A stretch of 64,000 nucleotides of DNA from Vicugna vicugna. Its lineage: Eukaryota. A model generated the notes under the pieces. The model was given only the letters and a program-made list of their open reading frames with translations. It was not told where the DNA came from and made no database searches. The stretch covers positions 1,922,001 to 1,986,000 of the forward strand of contig MU058213.1 of the NCBI GenBank assembly GCA_013265495.1, given 5' to 3'. Positions 1 to 12,057 of this stretch are shown one piece after another (position 1 is the first letter of the stretch; each line of letters opens with the position of its first letter). A program made the position numbers and the translations under genes.

Positions 1-1113
1 AAATTTTTTTAAGTGGTAAAGAGAAATAATATATCCTATTCCTGGAAAATGTCTAATAGCAAACACTTAATAAGCCTGATCTTACTTAATGTTTCAGTTA
101 AGGATGTTGGTAGAAAAGGAGGTCAATAATATCTACATAAATCCATACACAGAAAAAAAAAATGAATGGTGAAACCCAAAATTGTCAATATATGGTAAAT
201 GATACAAAGGCACCCAAAAGAGATGAGAAATTAGACCAAGTATTGTACAAATACAAGTTGGGAAAAATTTAAGATCTGACTCCAAAAGGGTGGGAGATTG
301 AGATAATGGACAAATATAAAGGAGGAAAAATAACTTTAAGTCAGCACCAAGAACCACAGCAACTCAGAAGGTGTCACTAACATGACCTGGACTCTGATGA
401 TCCTGCAGGACATTTAGTGTTGTTTGGTCTAAAAGCAAGGAGGCAGAATTTCTCTCCTCTATGTGATATGAACATACTTCCCTTCCCCATGTGGGACATA
501 AAGCTCTAATGCTCTGTCTAATAATCTAATTTCATGATAAGGTGATTTAAAAATTAAGAAAAAGAAATACTGCTTTACAAATAAATACTAAACAGAGAGA
601 TACTCTGACAACATTTGGACATAAGAGTTTCTTTGCAACTCTTGCTTTATTCACTCTCTACTTTGCACTGGGAATGCCTCATTTCTCCTCTTAAAATAGC
701 TTTTAATAGCTCCCTTTGTCTTTCAAGAAAAAGCCCCACCTCAGAACCTTTATTCCAGGTGTCTTACCTTCTAGATCCAATCTGGAGCATCCTCATTTCC
801 TATACCCTGCCTCACCAAATTTATCCCTATTTCCTGGCCAGGCCACACTGCATACCTCTGTGTCTGTCCACACCTTATCCCTTTTGCCTGAAATACCCTT
901 CCTGCCACAAGCTCTTTCCCAGTGGTGTCAGTTGGGTCTTCCCAGAAGCAGATGTTAAGATGGAGCTAGAAATGCAAAAAGTTTTCTGGGGGGTAACACC
1001 CATGAAAGAAAAACGGCAAAAACAGAATTGGGTAATGAGCTCTCTATTCACTAGGCAGATCTGACAGTCTCTGTCAGTCCATTGGAAACTCCAGAACAGA
1101 ATCAACCATTTAG

Positions 1114-1211
1114 AATATGAAAATGAATACATCTGTGTTCACGTACGACTGAAGCATTGTGCTGAACACCAGAAACGGACACAATGTTGTAAACGGACTC
1201 TACTTCAGTAA

Positions 1212-1247
<36 letters not shown>
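1114..1247 (+). mobile_element. 5'-truncated L1 3' end (camelid-type 3' UTR) with a CA-repeat tail
   Basis: aatatgaaaatgaatac...gcattgtgctgaacaccagaaacggacacaatgttgtaaac...tacttcagtaaa; diverged flanking duplication at 1100-1113 / 1248-1260. Confidence 0.75.
1215..1246 (+). repeat. (CA)16 microsatellite
   Basis: Direct reading. Confidence 0.97.
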
Positions 1248-1250
<3 letters not shown>

Positions 1251-2504
1251 CAGCCGTTAGAGGAGGTCTGTATGAACGAGAAATAGCTAGGCTTTTGAAC
1301 CACTGCCTTGCTCAGTCATTGTCCCAAGAAGAGTATGACCTTTGCTCCAATTCAGGGATGAATCCTGGAGGTACCTAGAGCTGTCAGCTGGCCATATTCC
1401 TCACATCTGGGCAAGTCGTCCTCTCTTGTAGAGCAATCTAAGCAGTGCATCCCTCCGTGTCTACCACACCATTATTCTCCAGAGCACACATGAATGTTTA
1501 CCCCTGTGTGAAGCCTCTAAAAATCATCCCTAGGCAATTGATGGCTCTCCATGCTTCCACAGCAATGTGAACTTTAGCGTCTCATACTACATTGTAGCCT
1601 CATTATGTTTACAGGACTCTACCTTTTAGAAAGTAGAAACCACATAATACTCTTCTCAGATCCCTGGTAGATAACTTGGGAAACAGAGCACCTAACACAT
1701 AACATATAAAAAAAAAAAAGTAGAGTGAATAGATGGGTGGATGAATGGACCTATCAGCTGGATGATCGATCAGACTGGTTATTCCCTATTTTGGTACAGA
1801 TGCCAAGGAGCATATTTTGTATATGTCAAGGGGGCGTTATAAACTTCTCAAAAGATAATTTTAATATACTTTAAGTACTAATGGGCTATTGGACTTTAAG
1901 ATGTATCAAAAATTAGTATGTTCTAAGTCTAAGTTTTAGAATTATATTCCTAATCACTTAAATGAACCTATCTGTGTATTGCTTTCCATCCATTATTCTC
2001 ATTTCCAGTTTTGCTCAATGGACATATTGGGAAATAGGTCACCTAATTTTTAAATTCTAAGATGTGCTGTGTTTCTTCTGTATTGTAAAATAATAATTTA
2101 ATTTCAGTTATACACTTTGGACTTTTTTTAATGACTTCCTTGGAGAATGCTCAGTAGTCAGTAACATGCCCTCTCCATTTAATCAGCCAACAACATTGAC
2201 TCTATGCCAGGCCTAGAGCTAGGCTTCCAGGACATAGAGAAGAAAGTGAAAAGATAAGACAAGTTCTTTCTCTAATGGAGGAGACAGAACTGCAATCAGA
2301 TGATTTAACACATCCTGGGAAGTACCACAACCAATGTAGAAACAACATGGACAGAGCACAAAGGAGCAAACGCGGGGGAGCTGAGGAAGGAACTTCTTGA
2401 GTTAGCTGGGGGTTGCTAATTCCCTTTCACCTCCCTATGCACTTTCAAAAGGGGAGAGGGACAGAAACAAAGGCCTCAGAATGTACAGAATCCCATTCCT
2501 GAGC

Positions 2505-3204
2505 GCTTCGGTTGTCAGCAGGGTTGGTACTGCCCCCTAGAGGAATGCTTTGGTCACTACTGAGGCAAGGGATGTTTGGTTCCCCGAGTGATTGTAGACA
2601 CACTTACTGGCACTTAGTGGGCAGGGACCAGAAATGCCCGATGTCCTGTAGTGCTCAGGACAGTCTTTCACAATGAAATTGTCATGATATTTCACTTGGT
2701 TTCCAAATATTCCACTGGAAATTCATGAAAGGGAAAGCCCTGCTTGTAATTTCCTGAGCCCAGAACCTAACTTTATTTTACACACAGGGAATCATTTAAG
2801 GTTTCTAATATATCCTGAATTTTCTAGGAAGGTCACTAACCCTATATGTCAAAGAATGGTCATATTTCACTGTTGTTGTTGTCCGGAAATTTACCAAGAA
2901 AAACCCATCTGGACACTCGTGTCACTGACAGTAACTTAGCAGCTGTCATCTCAGCAGTGGGATGCTCCCCGGTCAGCATTTTATTAAATTCTTTTAGCAT
3001 AGGCATGCCCAAGCTTTTACCTACTGAGACATAGATTATTTTATTGTACGTTTCTTACTCTTTGTTTTTTTCCTTTAAATTGTATATAAATTATTTGTGT
3101 AGATAGGTTATATTACTTATAAACTTCATTTTAGGATTAGAAAGGGAACATTACAAAATGTTAGTTATAAAGTCCATTCTAGGACTGCAGAGTTGAGAAC
3201 CACC
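2505..3204 (+). mobile_element. hAT-Charlie DNA transposon, MER20B-like
   Basis: ggtactgccccctagagg...tggcacttagtgggcagggaccag...gtcctgtagtgctcaggacagtc and a terminal gttgagaaccac; ~700 bp. Confidence 0.65.
2530..2543 (-). promoter_or_regulatory. Candidate CTCF core motif within the MER20B-like element
   Basis: Minus strand CCTCTAGGGGGCAG versus consensus CCASYAGRKGGCRS (one mismatch). Motif match only. Confidence 0.4.
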
Positions 3205-3739
3205 ACACGTAAATTTTCTAAAATTTCAAGACTAACCTCACTCTGATGAGAAGGAACCTAACAGGCTGGAAGATTGCCCACAATTTCCATGCTCTTACAT
3301 ATATTCAGCTACAGGGAGCACTTTTACATTGCCCCAGACTAGCAGGGCTGCTGGGCTGCAGGAAAGGCGTTCCAGCATAGATATGAGTAACGGGTCCATG
3401 TTTATCTGCAGCAGGAAAAGAAAAAAAGGAACAACTCTTCTTTAAACTAACTGTCATCATGTCTTGTTGCTTATTCTCAGGAGTTGCCTTGGTTTTTTTA
3501 GCCTTCAAACATCCGTCGACATTAATTTTCCATGGTAGCTCTCTAGACAGATAAATTGCCCCTGAACTAAATAAATAAATTTGAAGGCGTGCCTCTGGAT
3601 TAACATTTTAGGAGAAAACCATCATCCCTATAATGATCTTTTCCATTCTCTTCCTACCTACAGACAATTAATGTATTATTTAGCATTCCTTAATTCTACC
3701 TTAGACCAGAACTCTTTGGCATATGTCTGTCACAGTCAT

Positions 3740-3900
3740 TTACCATTCATCCACTCACTCAGGCAACAAACATTTAATGAGCACCCATCATGAGTCATGT
3801 GGTGCATCAGCTACTACAAGCGCAAGACTAACTAAAGTTCCAGCTTTCACCCTCAAGGAGTTCAGAGAGGTGAGAAGGGGCAAATAAACAAACAATCAGA
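3740..3900 (-). mobile_element. L2 3'-end fragment
   Basis: cattcatccactcactcaggcaacaaacatttaatgagcacc...ccctcaaggagttc. Confidence 0.6.
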
Positions 3901-6164
3901 ATGCCAGATAATTCAGACTAAACAGAAAGACATACAAGAAATGTATAAAGTAATAAAGAATTTCAGTACCTTACACTGAACCTTAGACATAGCAAGTGCT
4001 TAGTGAGAGATGTTTTGAAGTTATTCAAATTGTTCTAAGGGTGAAAATTGGGCAGACATATCCACAAGTTAAAATGGAAAAATAAGGGTCCTGCCAGCAA
4101 GGTGAATGATATTCTGATGGAATCGGATATTCCAATGACATGAGAACATACGGATAATTTTTTCTTCAGCCACCATTTCTCTAGCAATTGCCTTGCCATG
4201 TACCAGACTCTGTACTGTCTGCTGAGAATACAAAGCTGACTAAATCCCTGCTTTTTCTTTCAAGGAATTTAGTTGTATCAAAATTATTTCCAGAACTAGG
4301 AATGCATATCCATATTGTCTAATGGGATTGCATTTAATGGAGGAACTAGTATCACACAAAGGGCCAGGCGTAGAAGTAGAGAAGGAGTCAGCAGGGAGGA
4401 GGCTGACCTAGGTGAGCTAGGTTATAAGGAGGACTGCAGGTCAGCAGCATTAAGGGCTGCTGGCTACAAGAGATAGGGAATGAGCCAGAAGTCCACAGAG
4501 AGGCAGATGAGTCACAATCCAGGATGCAAATCCAAATACTGAGGAAATAGAGTTTGACACAGAGTTCTCCTTAAATACTTCCACGGAGAAGCTGTAATTG
4601 AATGAAGAATAAGAAGACAAGTTTCAGGGAAGTCTGGGCTCTTTAACATCAGATTGAAATTTGATCATGAAAAAATGAGTAGTGAAGACTCAAATATCAA
4701 CCATCAGGAAAGAGAAGCTTTCTTGGTGGTTACAGACTAGATTCATTTCAGTGTCTGTTTTTAATTTTTTGTGAGCCTGCTGTGTGCACACACATGATCC
4801 TGGGATGATGATGCTTAGAAAACACAATTTTTGTGTGTGTGTAAGACTATATCTGGCTGCTAAAGAAAAGCAATCAGCTGATTTTCCTTGTCTTCTTTTT
4901 CTTTACTAATTAGGAGTTTGATGAATCTTTAGTACAAGCTACCCTGTGGTCCATCCATTCATCCATCCACTCAATAATCACTTATTACCAGTTACTAGGT
5001 GAAGGACCATCCCAGGTGATGGGAGGGAAAAAGATAAATAGATCAGACCCCCGTCCTTGAAAGGTCAGTGTTCGGAGGCCAGTCTCAGCTTGGAGAACAA
5101 TAGCGTGAAACACATTGATTTCAGTGACAGGATCTAGATCACTTTTTCTTTGTCAATAAATTTAAATGGGCATGCAGACAATAATCGATAAAGGGGTGCC
5201 TGCACAACTGTTACCAAGGAAATATTTAACTCAATTCCTTGATGTTACCATCTCTGCGCAGCCAGGCCAGGTTGGCTTTCCGATTGCTCATGAGGAAAAA
5301 AGACAATGAAAAACTCTAGTTCTTCATATGCCAAGATGAAAATCATCAATCTCAATCTCTGTGAAAGATGAGACTACCTTTGTAGAAAGAGCAGTGAACT
5401 CCATCAGTCTTTCTAAGGCAATGCAGTCCTTAAGACGATACAGAGAGGGCAGAGGCAGTGCAGAAGTTTAAAAGAATTTATATGGGGAAAAAGGGAAATG
5501 ATAAAATTTCTCCATCAATTTTGCGAGAAGCAAAAATAAGGCAGGACATATATTAAACCCAAATAGCAACAGTGTGTTTTTGAAAGGTATGTAATGTACT
5601 CTAGATGCTAAATTATTTACTTATCATATGTAAATTTATCTTCATCTAATATGAATATCTTGATATTTAGGTAAGATTAAGCCTATTACATAATTCAGAT
5701 TAATATATAACAATGAAATTTTAAATGTCCTTGTCCTCCCATACTACCAACACTTACCCATTTTGACTATACGTATATACCAAATCTTTTTCATTTCTAG
5801 CATCTACCAGTTGGCATTTCCAGTTCCCAGGTGTAACACCTTCTAATTTTTAACCACTAAAATTTGTATTTATATAAATTTATATTGTAAACAAAATTCT
5901 TTAGTATTAAGTACATCTTTAGTGAAATAGCTTATACTGTCCCATCCGAAGGTTGACAGAAATTAGGTATTTGATATTTGTTGATTAATTGAGTAGAGAG
6001 AATCTTTCCTTTGTTGTTATGCCAAATTTCCAGGTTTTTGCTGCCTTGGGATTCCCAACCTGTGTAATACCTATCTCTGTAACTGTCAGGTATTTACCAA
6101 ATGCTAAATATTGGCTGAATTAAGAAATAGTGAAGAACTGTGGGTAATTGGAAAGCAATGCCAG

Positions 6165-6400
6165 ACAGTAATGAAGAACCCAGATTTTGATGTCAGACTG
6201 CCTGTGTTTGACTCCTGGTTTTCTTGTTTGTTGGTAATAAGACCTTGGGAAAGTTACTTAACTTCTTTATTTCTATTTTCTCATCAATAAAATGGGTATG
6301 ACAGTACTATGTATCCCCGCAGAACTGTTGCCTGGATCAAATGATTTAAGTTATGTGAGGCACTTAGAGCATACTAAGCCATATCAGTGTTAGCTGTTAC
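6165..6400 (+). mobile_element. MIR SINE
   Basis: gtcagactgcctgtgtttgactcctgg...gaccttgggaaagttacttaac...tctcatcaataaaatggg core. Confidence 0.8.
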
Positions 6401-7183
6401 CATCATCACTATCACTGTCATTGCTATTCTGGAAGGCTGAGGATAAGCAGAGGAAGGAGTTGGCACAAAGAGATTCAGAGAGAACACAGCTATTCTCCAG
6501 AGAAGAAATTAAAGACACATGGGTTTCTCTCTAATGCTCAGGTCCTCATTTATGCATGTATGTATGGATCAGATTATTCTTGAGAGTAAGAAATGGGCTT
6601 TAGTGGTCTTAGCAAACAGCTGCTTTTTACTCTAAGTTTTTTTGCTTGGCTAAATCACATTCATCTTTCAGCTCTTAGATTAGGCATCTGTTCTTCTAAG
6701 AAGCCTCTTAACCCCAAATATTGGATTAGGTGCCACTCTGATGTGCTCCCATAGACTCTTCTGTGGCATCTGACAAACTTTTATTGTTACCTTGATGCTA
6801 GTTTGTTTTCTTCAACTGGAAATTTCCAATTTGTTCTCTGTGGTATCACCAACTCTTGGATCAGTGCACAGAAGTATAAAGGAATGATATATAGGAGTGA
6901 TGCATAAAAATGTACCCAAAGTTTTAGAAATAGCACGGTGTGCAATAAAGAATATCAAGTTACCAACCCTGCATAACCAAAAGCTTATCGTATCTGCCTC
7001 CTTAATCCACACAAAGGCTGTGTGGTTGGGATACTTTCTTGCAGAAAATAACGAGGAAGAACTCTGATGCATGCCTCACCAATATATGTATGTTTGTTTA
7101 TAAGCAGTATATGTGCTATTAGTATATCAACATTGTCCATTATAAAATGTAACAAAAATAAAAATTTCAAAAGGAGGACATTG

Positions 7184-7209
7184 ACACACACACACACACA
7201 CACACACAC
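7184..7209 (+). repeat. (AC)13 microsatellite
   Basis: Direct reading. Confidence 0.97.
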
Positions 7210-7569
7210 TATATCTGATGTAGCTTTAGATAAGTTTGCCAATGCCATTTACATCTTACTTGCTTAAGCTTGCATTATTAGTATAATCTTCAGTCCATTA
7301 ATTTCTTGGCAGGAAATGCTTGCTCATTTTCTAGGGTTAGTTTAGTTAATATTAGAAAATAAAATCTGTAGGTCATCTAAGCAGGGATGCATGAAACTGA
7401 ACATAGCAGAGGCAGCCTTCTGTGAAGTGAGTCTTCCACTCCCCTTCTCCATACCTGGAAAGCCATACGCAACACTGCACTACCTGACACAGGAATCAAG
7501 TCAGAAAACCAAGGTCAATCCATGTATCAAGTATTTTTTGTTTGAAAAAAATGTAACTTTGGATTTTCA

Positions 7570-7750
7570 TTATCTCACTCCTCCATACCCAATGCATCAG
7601 CAAATCCTGTCAGCTATACCTTCAAACACATTCAGAATCTGATCATTTCTCACCTTCCCCATCCAGGCCACTATATTTGTTGCAAGTTGCCATTATTTGG
7701 ATTAGCACAACAGCCTTCCAACTGGTCTCCCCGCTTCTGTCTTTGGCCCT
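7570..7750 (+). mobile_element. L2 fragment
   Basis: atcagcaaatcctgtcagctataccttcaaa...cagccttccaactggtctccccgcttct. Confidence 0.7.
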
Positions 7751-10700
7751 GAACTTCAGGCAATGAAATTCAGGCAGGAAACACTTTGAGCAGACAAAGG
7801 CACATATCTCACTTGGAGAGAAAGACTAAGACCTCACCCTGCTACCCAAGGCATTCTATGATATGTGTCCCATTACTTCTCTGCTTCTTGCTCACTCACC
7901 TTACACAGATCTTTCCTAAACGATTTCTGTGGCTATAAAGAATACCCTGGCCTTCTCACTTAGCCTGGAGACCTCAAAGGGTTAGAAGTTGCATTTACTA
8001 TAAATAAAGATGATCAGGAATGAGTTTCCCTGTGAGATATTCAGACACTACATTTCAAAGCCTTTCTACAGCTAAACAGATTTCCTTCTAAGAAATTGAG
8101 CAGTCAGAGGAAGATGGTCCCAAACCAATCCTGCTGATAGCCACCAGGACCACAAATTTTTCTGTTGGATGTATATTTTTTGATTTATTATAAAATCATG
8201 GTTTTACTTAAAGAGCACATTTACATTATTTAGTTTTGCAGACAAGACTATGAAAATGATGCGCATAATAAAGATTACTTCTAATACCCATATTTGATGC
8301 ATCATCTACACAACCACCCAGTTTAACTTGAATTTAAATTCAGCCAATAATTCTAAGGTGACAGTTTTATCTACAAAGCCTCCATTTCTATTTCAACCAA
8401 TTTATTTAATGGAACAATTTAGAGTACTTATTTAAACTGATCTAAATAACATTTTTTTAAAGTAAAGGGAAAAAACTTTCAAATGCATGTTAATAGTAGA
8501 AACCACTGCTGTTTTTAAAGCAATGAATCAGCTTCAAATGTGAGTGTTAATTGTACAATTTCTTATTAAATATACTCAAGAAAGATAGCAATGTAATCAT
8601 AATAAAAATGTAAAGTTAGATAAAATCCACCACTCTCCCATAAAACGCTGATACACAAATATTAATACCTCAAATAAAATATATGCCATAAAATTTAACA
8701 TGTGAAAACACTGAAAAATAAGTAAGATACAAAATTATAAAGTTCAAACATATTATGCTTCAATTCTCACTTTACTTGATTTCCACTCCTTTCTAGATGC
8801 ATCTCATGTACAAACAGTTCAAGAAATCTGATGATTTTCTTTATTATAAGGGCTGAGATGGCAATGATTGAACACTCTGCATCTTCTTTGTTAATAGAAA
8901 GTATGATTTATGAGAGAGGAATAAAAATCCAAGAAAACCCACTCAATAAATTATTCAATTCTCAGATCAAGCTGATTTAGAGCAAATTTCCTTCATGAGG
9001 CCAATACGGAAAATGCAGCTTACTGGATAAGAATACAGTGTCTCAGAGCATATCTGGACTCCTTTCCTTGTTTTTAGTATTTTTGTGACTGTAGACAAGG
9101 CACAAGCCTCCTTTAAATCCAATTTATTCATTTAAAAAATGGAATAATAATAGGAACCATGTCTCAAAGTGCAAGATGTACACAATCAGAGGCTTTCAAT
9201 ATTGCTAGTATGTGATGAAATTTTTTTTCAGATACTGTTTATTTTAATGTGACATAATTAATGAATGTGTCAGCCTAAAACTTTACAAGGTTTCTCTCAG
9301 GAAAAGCCTAGGTAGCACTACAGGAATTTCTCTTCTCAGTTTTTGGCAGCTGTACTTTAAAACTTCATTCCCATGAACATGGACATTTAAAAATCTGTAA
9401 AATTCTTTACACAAATGACTCAGATATTGGAAACAGAGTCTTAGGGTTTATGTAGATTATGTGAAAAATCAAAGGAAACAGTGAGGTAACACTCCTAAAG
9501 TCCTTAGCATAGTGTCAGAGTATATTATGAATGCAATAACTGTTGCTGTTAATATTATTTTTCCTTATGACCTATTATTGTCATATTACCATAATGCTAA
9601 TAGATCAGACATACTATGCCCTGGGATAAAAAACATTAATGAGTATCTGTGCAAAAAAAAAATCATCATCTATTATTTTCCAAATGATTTACAAATAAAA
9701 TGCATCAAGAAATCAAGAAACTAAGAAAGAATAAAAGAAATTAGGGGGAAAAAAGGTAGGGGGAATGGGGAGCTTACACAGGAAAAAATGAGCAAGGACC
9801 TGATAAAATTAAACAGCATAAACCATTTATCATAAGAATATTTGATAAAATGGTATATGTTGCAGTGATGCTGGGGCTAAGTAAATCTGCCTGTAAAACT
9901 TGAGGAATAATCATACCAGATGAATTCTATCTAAAGTATCTTCTTAACCTTTGAATCAGGACATTTGAAATAAACAATATAGCCTTTTACTTACTTATTT
10001 TTAAAAATTCCATCAACTAAAGCAGTATATACCACTGTAATAGCAATGTTAACATCCGATATAATATTGCTTGGAAATTTTCCTCTTCAATGCTTCTTAT
10101 CTGCTTCCTATTTAATTGCAGTTAATATTTTTCTGCAGAGAATATTTCCCAGGAAAATATATGCTTATCATTTTGTGACTATGTTGTATTTATTTTAAAT
10201 AAAATATTCTAGGTTCCATCCACCAACATATAAGTACCTTTAATATTTTTGTGTTCAAATTCTTATTACAAACTAACCCTAAATTTTCTTTTAACACTGG
10301 CAAAGGATCATTCAATGATGATCAAAAGGTAGATAATATCTATTAAGATTCAGATATCTTTAGTCATAGTAAGACTCAGTTCCATAGTATTAATAATTCT
10401 TATATCCAAGAATTAACTGGGGACAGAACAGGGCCCAATCTAGTGAAATTTCAAATAATGGGGAAGCCAAGTGATAGCAAAACTCTTAAAAAGTTTCACC
10501 TTAATATCCTGCCATGAATTTCTCACCCAGAATTGAAGGCTACAGACCAGTGGATAAATTAGACACTAAAGTTTAGGGATAAAGCACAGAAATACCATCT
10601 AATGAGAGTTAACACATGATGAACAGCACTAGCTGTTTTTGGGAGAGTTGGAAATAACTTATTAAATGACACCATGGGTGCCTCTCTGAATGAATCAAGA

Positions 10701-11861
10701 ACTTAAATGCAGTCATGGAAAATTAATTAATAAGAAATTCTTCTGCTTCTTGCTTGAAAGTTGCAGTACAACTACAATTATGTGATATGATCAAAAAGGA
10801 GCTCCTTCAAGAGAATGAATTTACCAGATAATTAAAGCTAATTTCTGGACAAAAAACAAATAAGTGACTTGAAATCACCGTCAAGCATTAACAAATTACT
10901 TATTGAATTACCAGCCTCAGTGATTGTCTTGGTGTTAGGAAATACTCTCCCTATTTTGATCTTTGGCTTTCATTGAAAAAGCCTTTTCCTACTATGGATC
11001 ATCTCTCATTTCATAATGCTCTCAAACAGTGACTTTGTAAAAATAATAAGGAGAAATAAATATAATACATTTTTAGAATGACACCTGTTTTATGATTTAG
11101 CATTTTAAATATAGCAACATTTTTCTGAGTTACAAATAAAATCTTTTTCAAGAGCTAAAAGAAGTACCTAACTATTTTTAACAGCCTGAAATATGTAAAT
11201 TTGTAGCATGTTTTCCTGGCAAATATATATTTAATCGTATATAAATATTTTTGTTCATTAAAACTTACTATAAATTTGAGAATCAAATTTTTACTTAATT
11301 TTTTTAACTTTTTAAATTTTTAAGTCCCAGCTAATAGCAGAAATTTAGATTCATTTGCTAGTCATAAACCATAAACACTATGATTATAGTTACAATAATA
11401 CAATTTGTTATAGAAAGAATCAAGTGGTATGAGTATAAAACAGTTTAATTTTAGTTTTTACTACATTTCTTATTCCCAGAAAAGAAAAAAAAAAACTAGT
11501 ACATGGCTATTATCATTGGTATCAAATGAAAACAAATTTTAGGACATTATTATCAGGATATCCTTTTCGTGTATTTTCCATTAAGCTATTATTAATTCTG
11601 TTTTCATTTTTACTGACTTAACTTTAAAACATTTTTATAAATAATATACATTTTTATTCTGCAGAATTTTGTATTAACTATAACATAATTTAGATTTAGA
11701 AACTTGGCAATTATGAGGAAATTGATAGCAGAATAGGTCAGAAACAGGGCACTTGGCTTGATTTCTGCAGAAATGATATATTGTGAACTCATATTCTCAA
11801 CACGTTCCAAGTAGTAGAAAAAGTTCTGATGAAAAAGCATATCAATAAATTTTGCACTTAC

Positions 11862-12057
11862 TTTTCAGAGGCAAAGTGTCTGTAATACACTGTAACTCTG
11901 GTTCCTTGGCCCATTCCATCTTTGGCAGAATCTGCATCATTTCATAGTCACCATTCTCTGCCAGGGACACTGGTTCACTGTTGACTGGTGTCTTTCTTAA
12001 AGTCTTCATGTGCTGTTGAACTTCCGCCAAGAGAACAGCTTGTATTGCTTCAGTTAC
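11862..12057 (-). CDS. WDR72: WDR72 coding exon (~exon 18), 196 nt: [29 protein letters not shown]...CITDTLPLK
   Basis: Acceptor ctttacag|GTA and donor AAA|gtaagt; overlaps ORF 11842..12030(-). Confidence 0.95.

Larger units (their letters stand above)
926..1468. mobile_element. ERVL solo LTR, LTR16-like, interrupted by a short L1 insertion
   Basis: tgtcagttgggtcttcccagaagcagatg...gctcagtcattg...gtctaccaca resembles the recalled LTR16 consensus; similarity resumes after 1260. Confidence 0.65.

Noticed and set aside
615..1132. 149-aa and overlapping ORFs
   Set aside because: Non-ATG or weak starts, low-complexity composition, and overlap with an LTR remnant; no recognisable domain.
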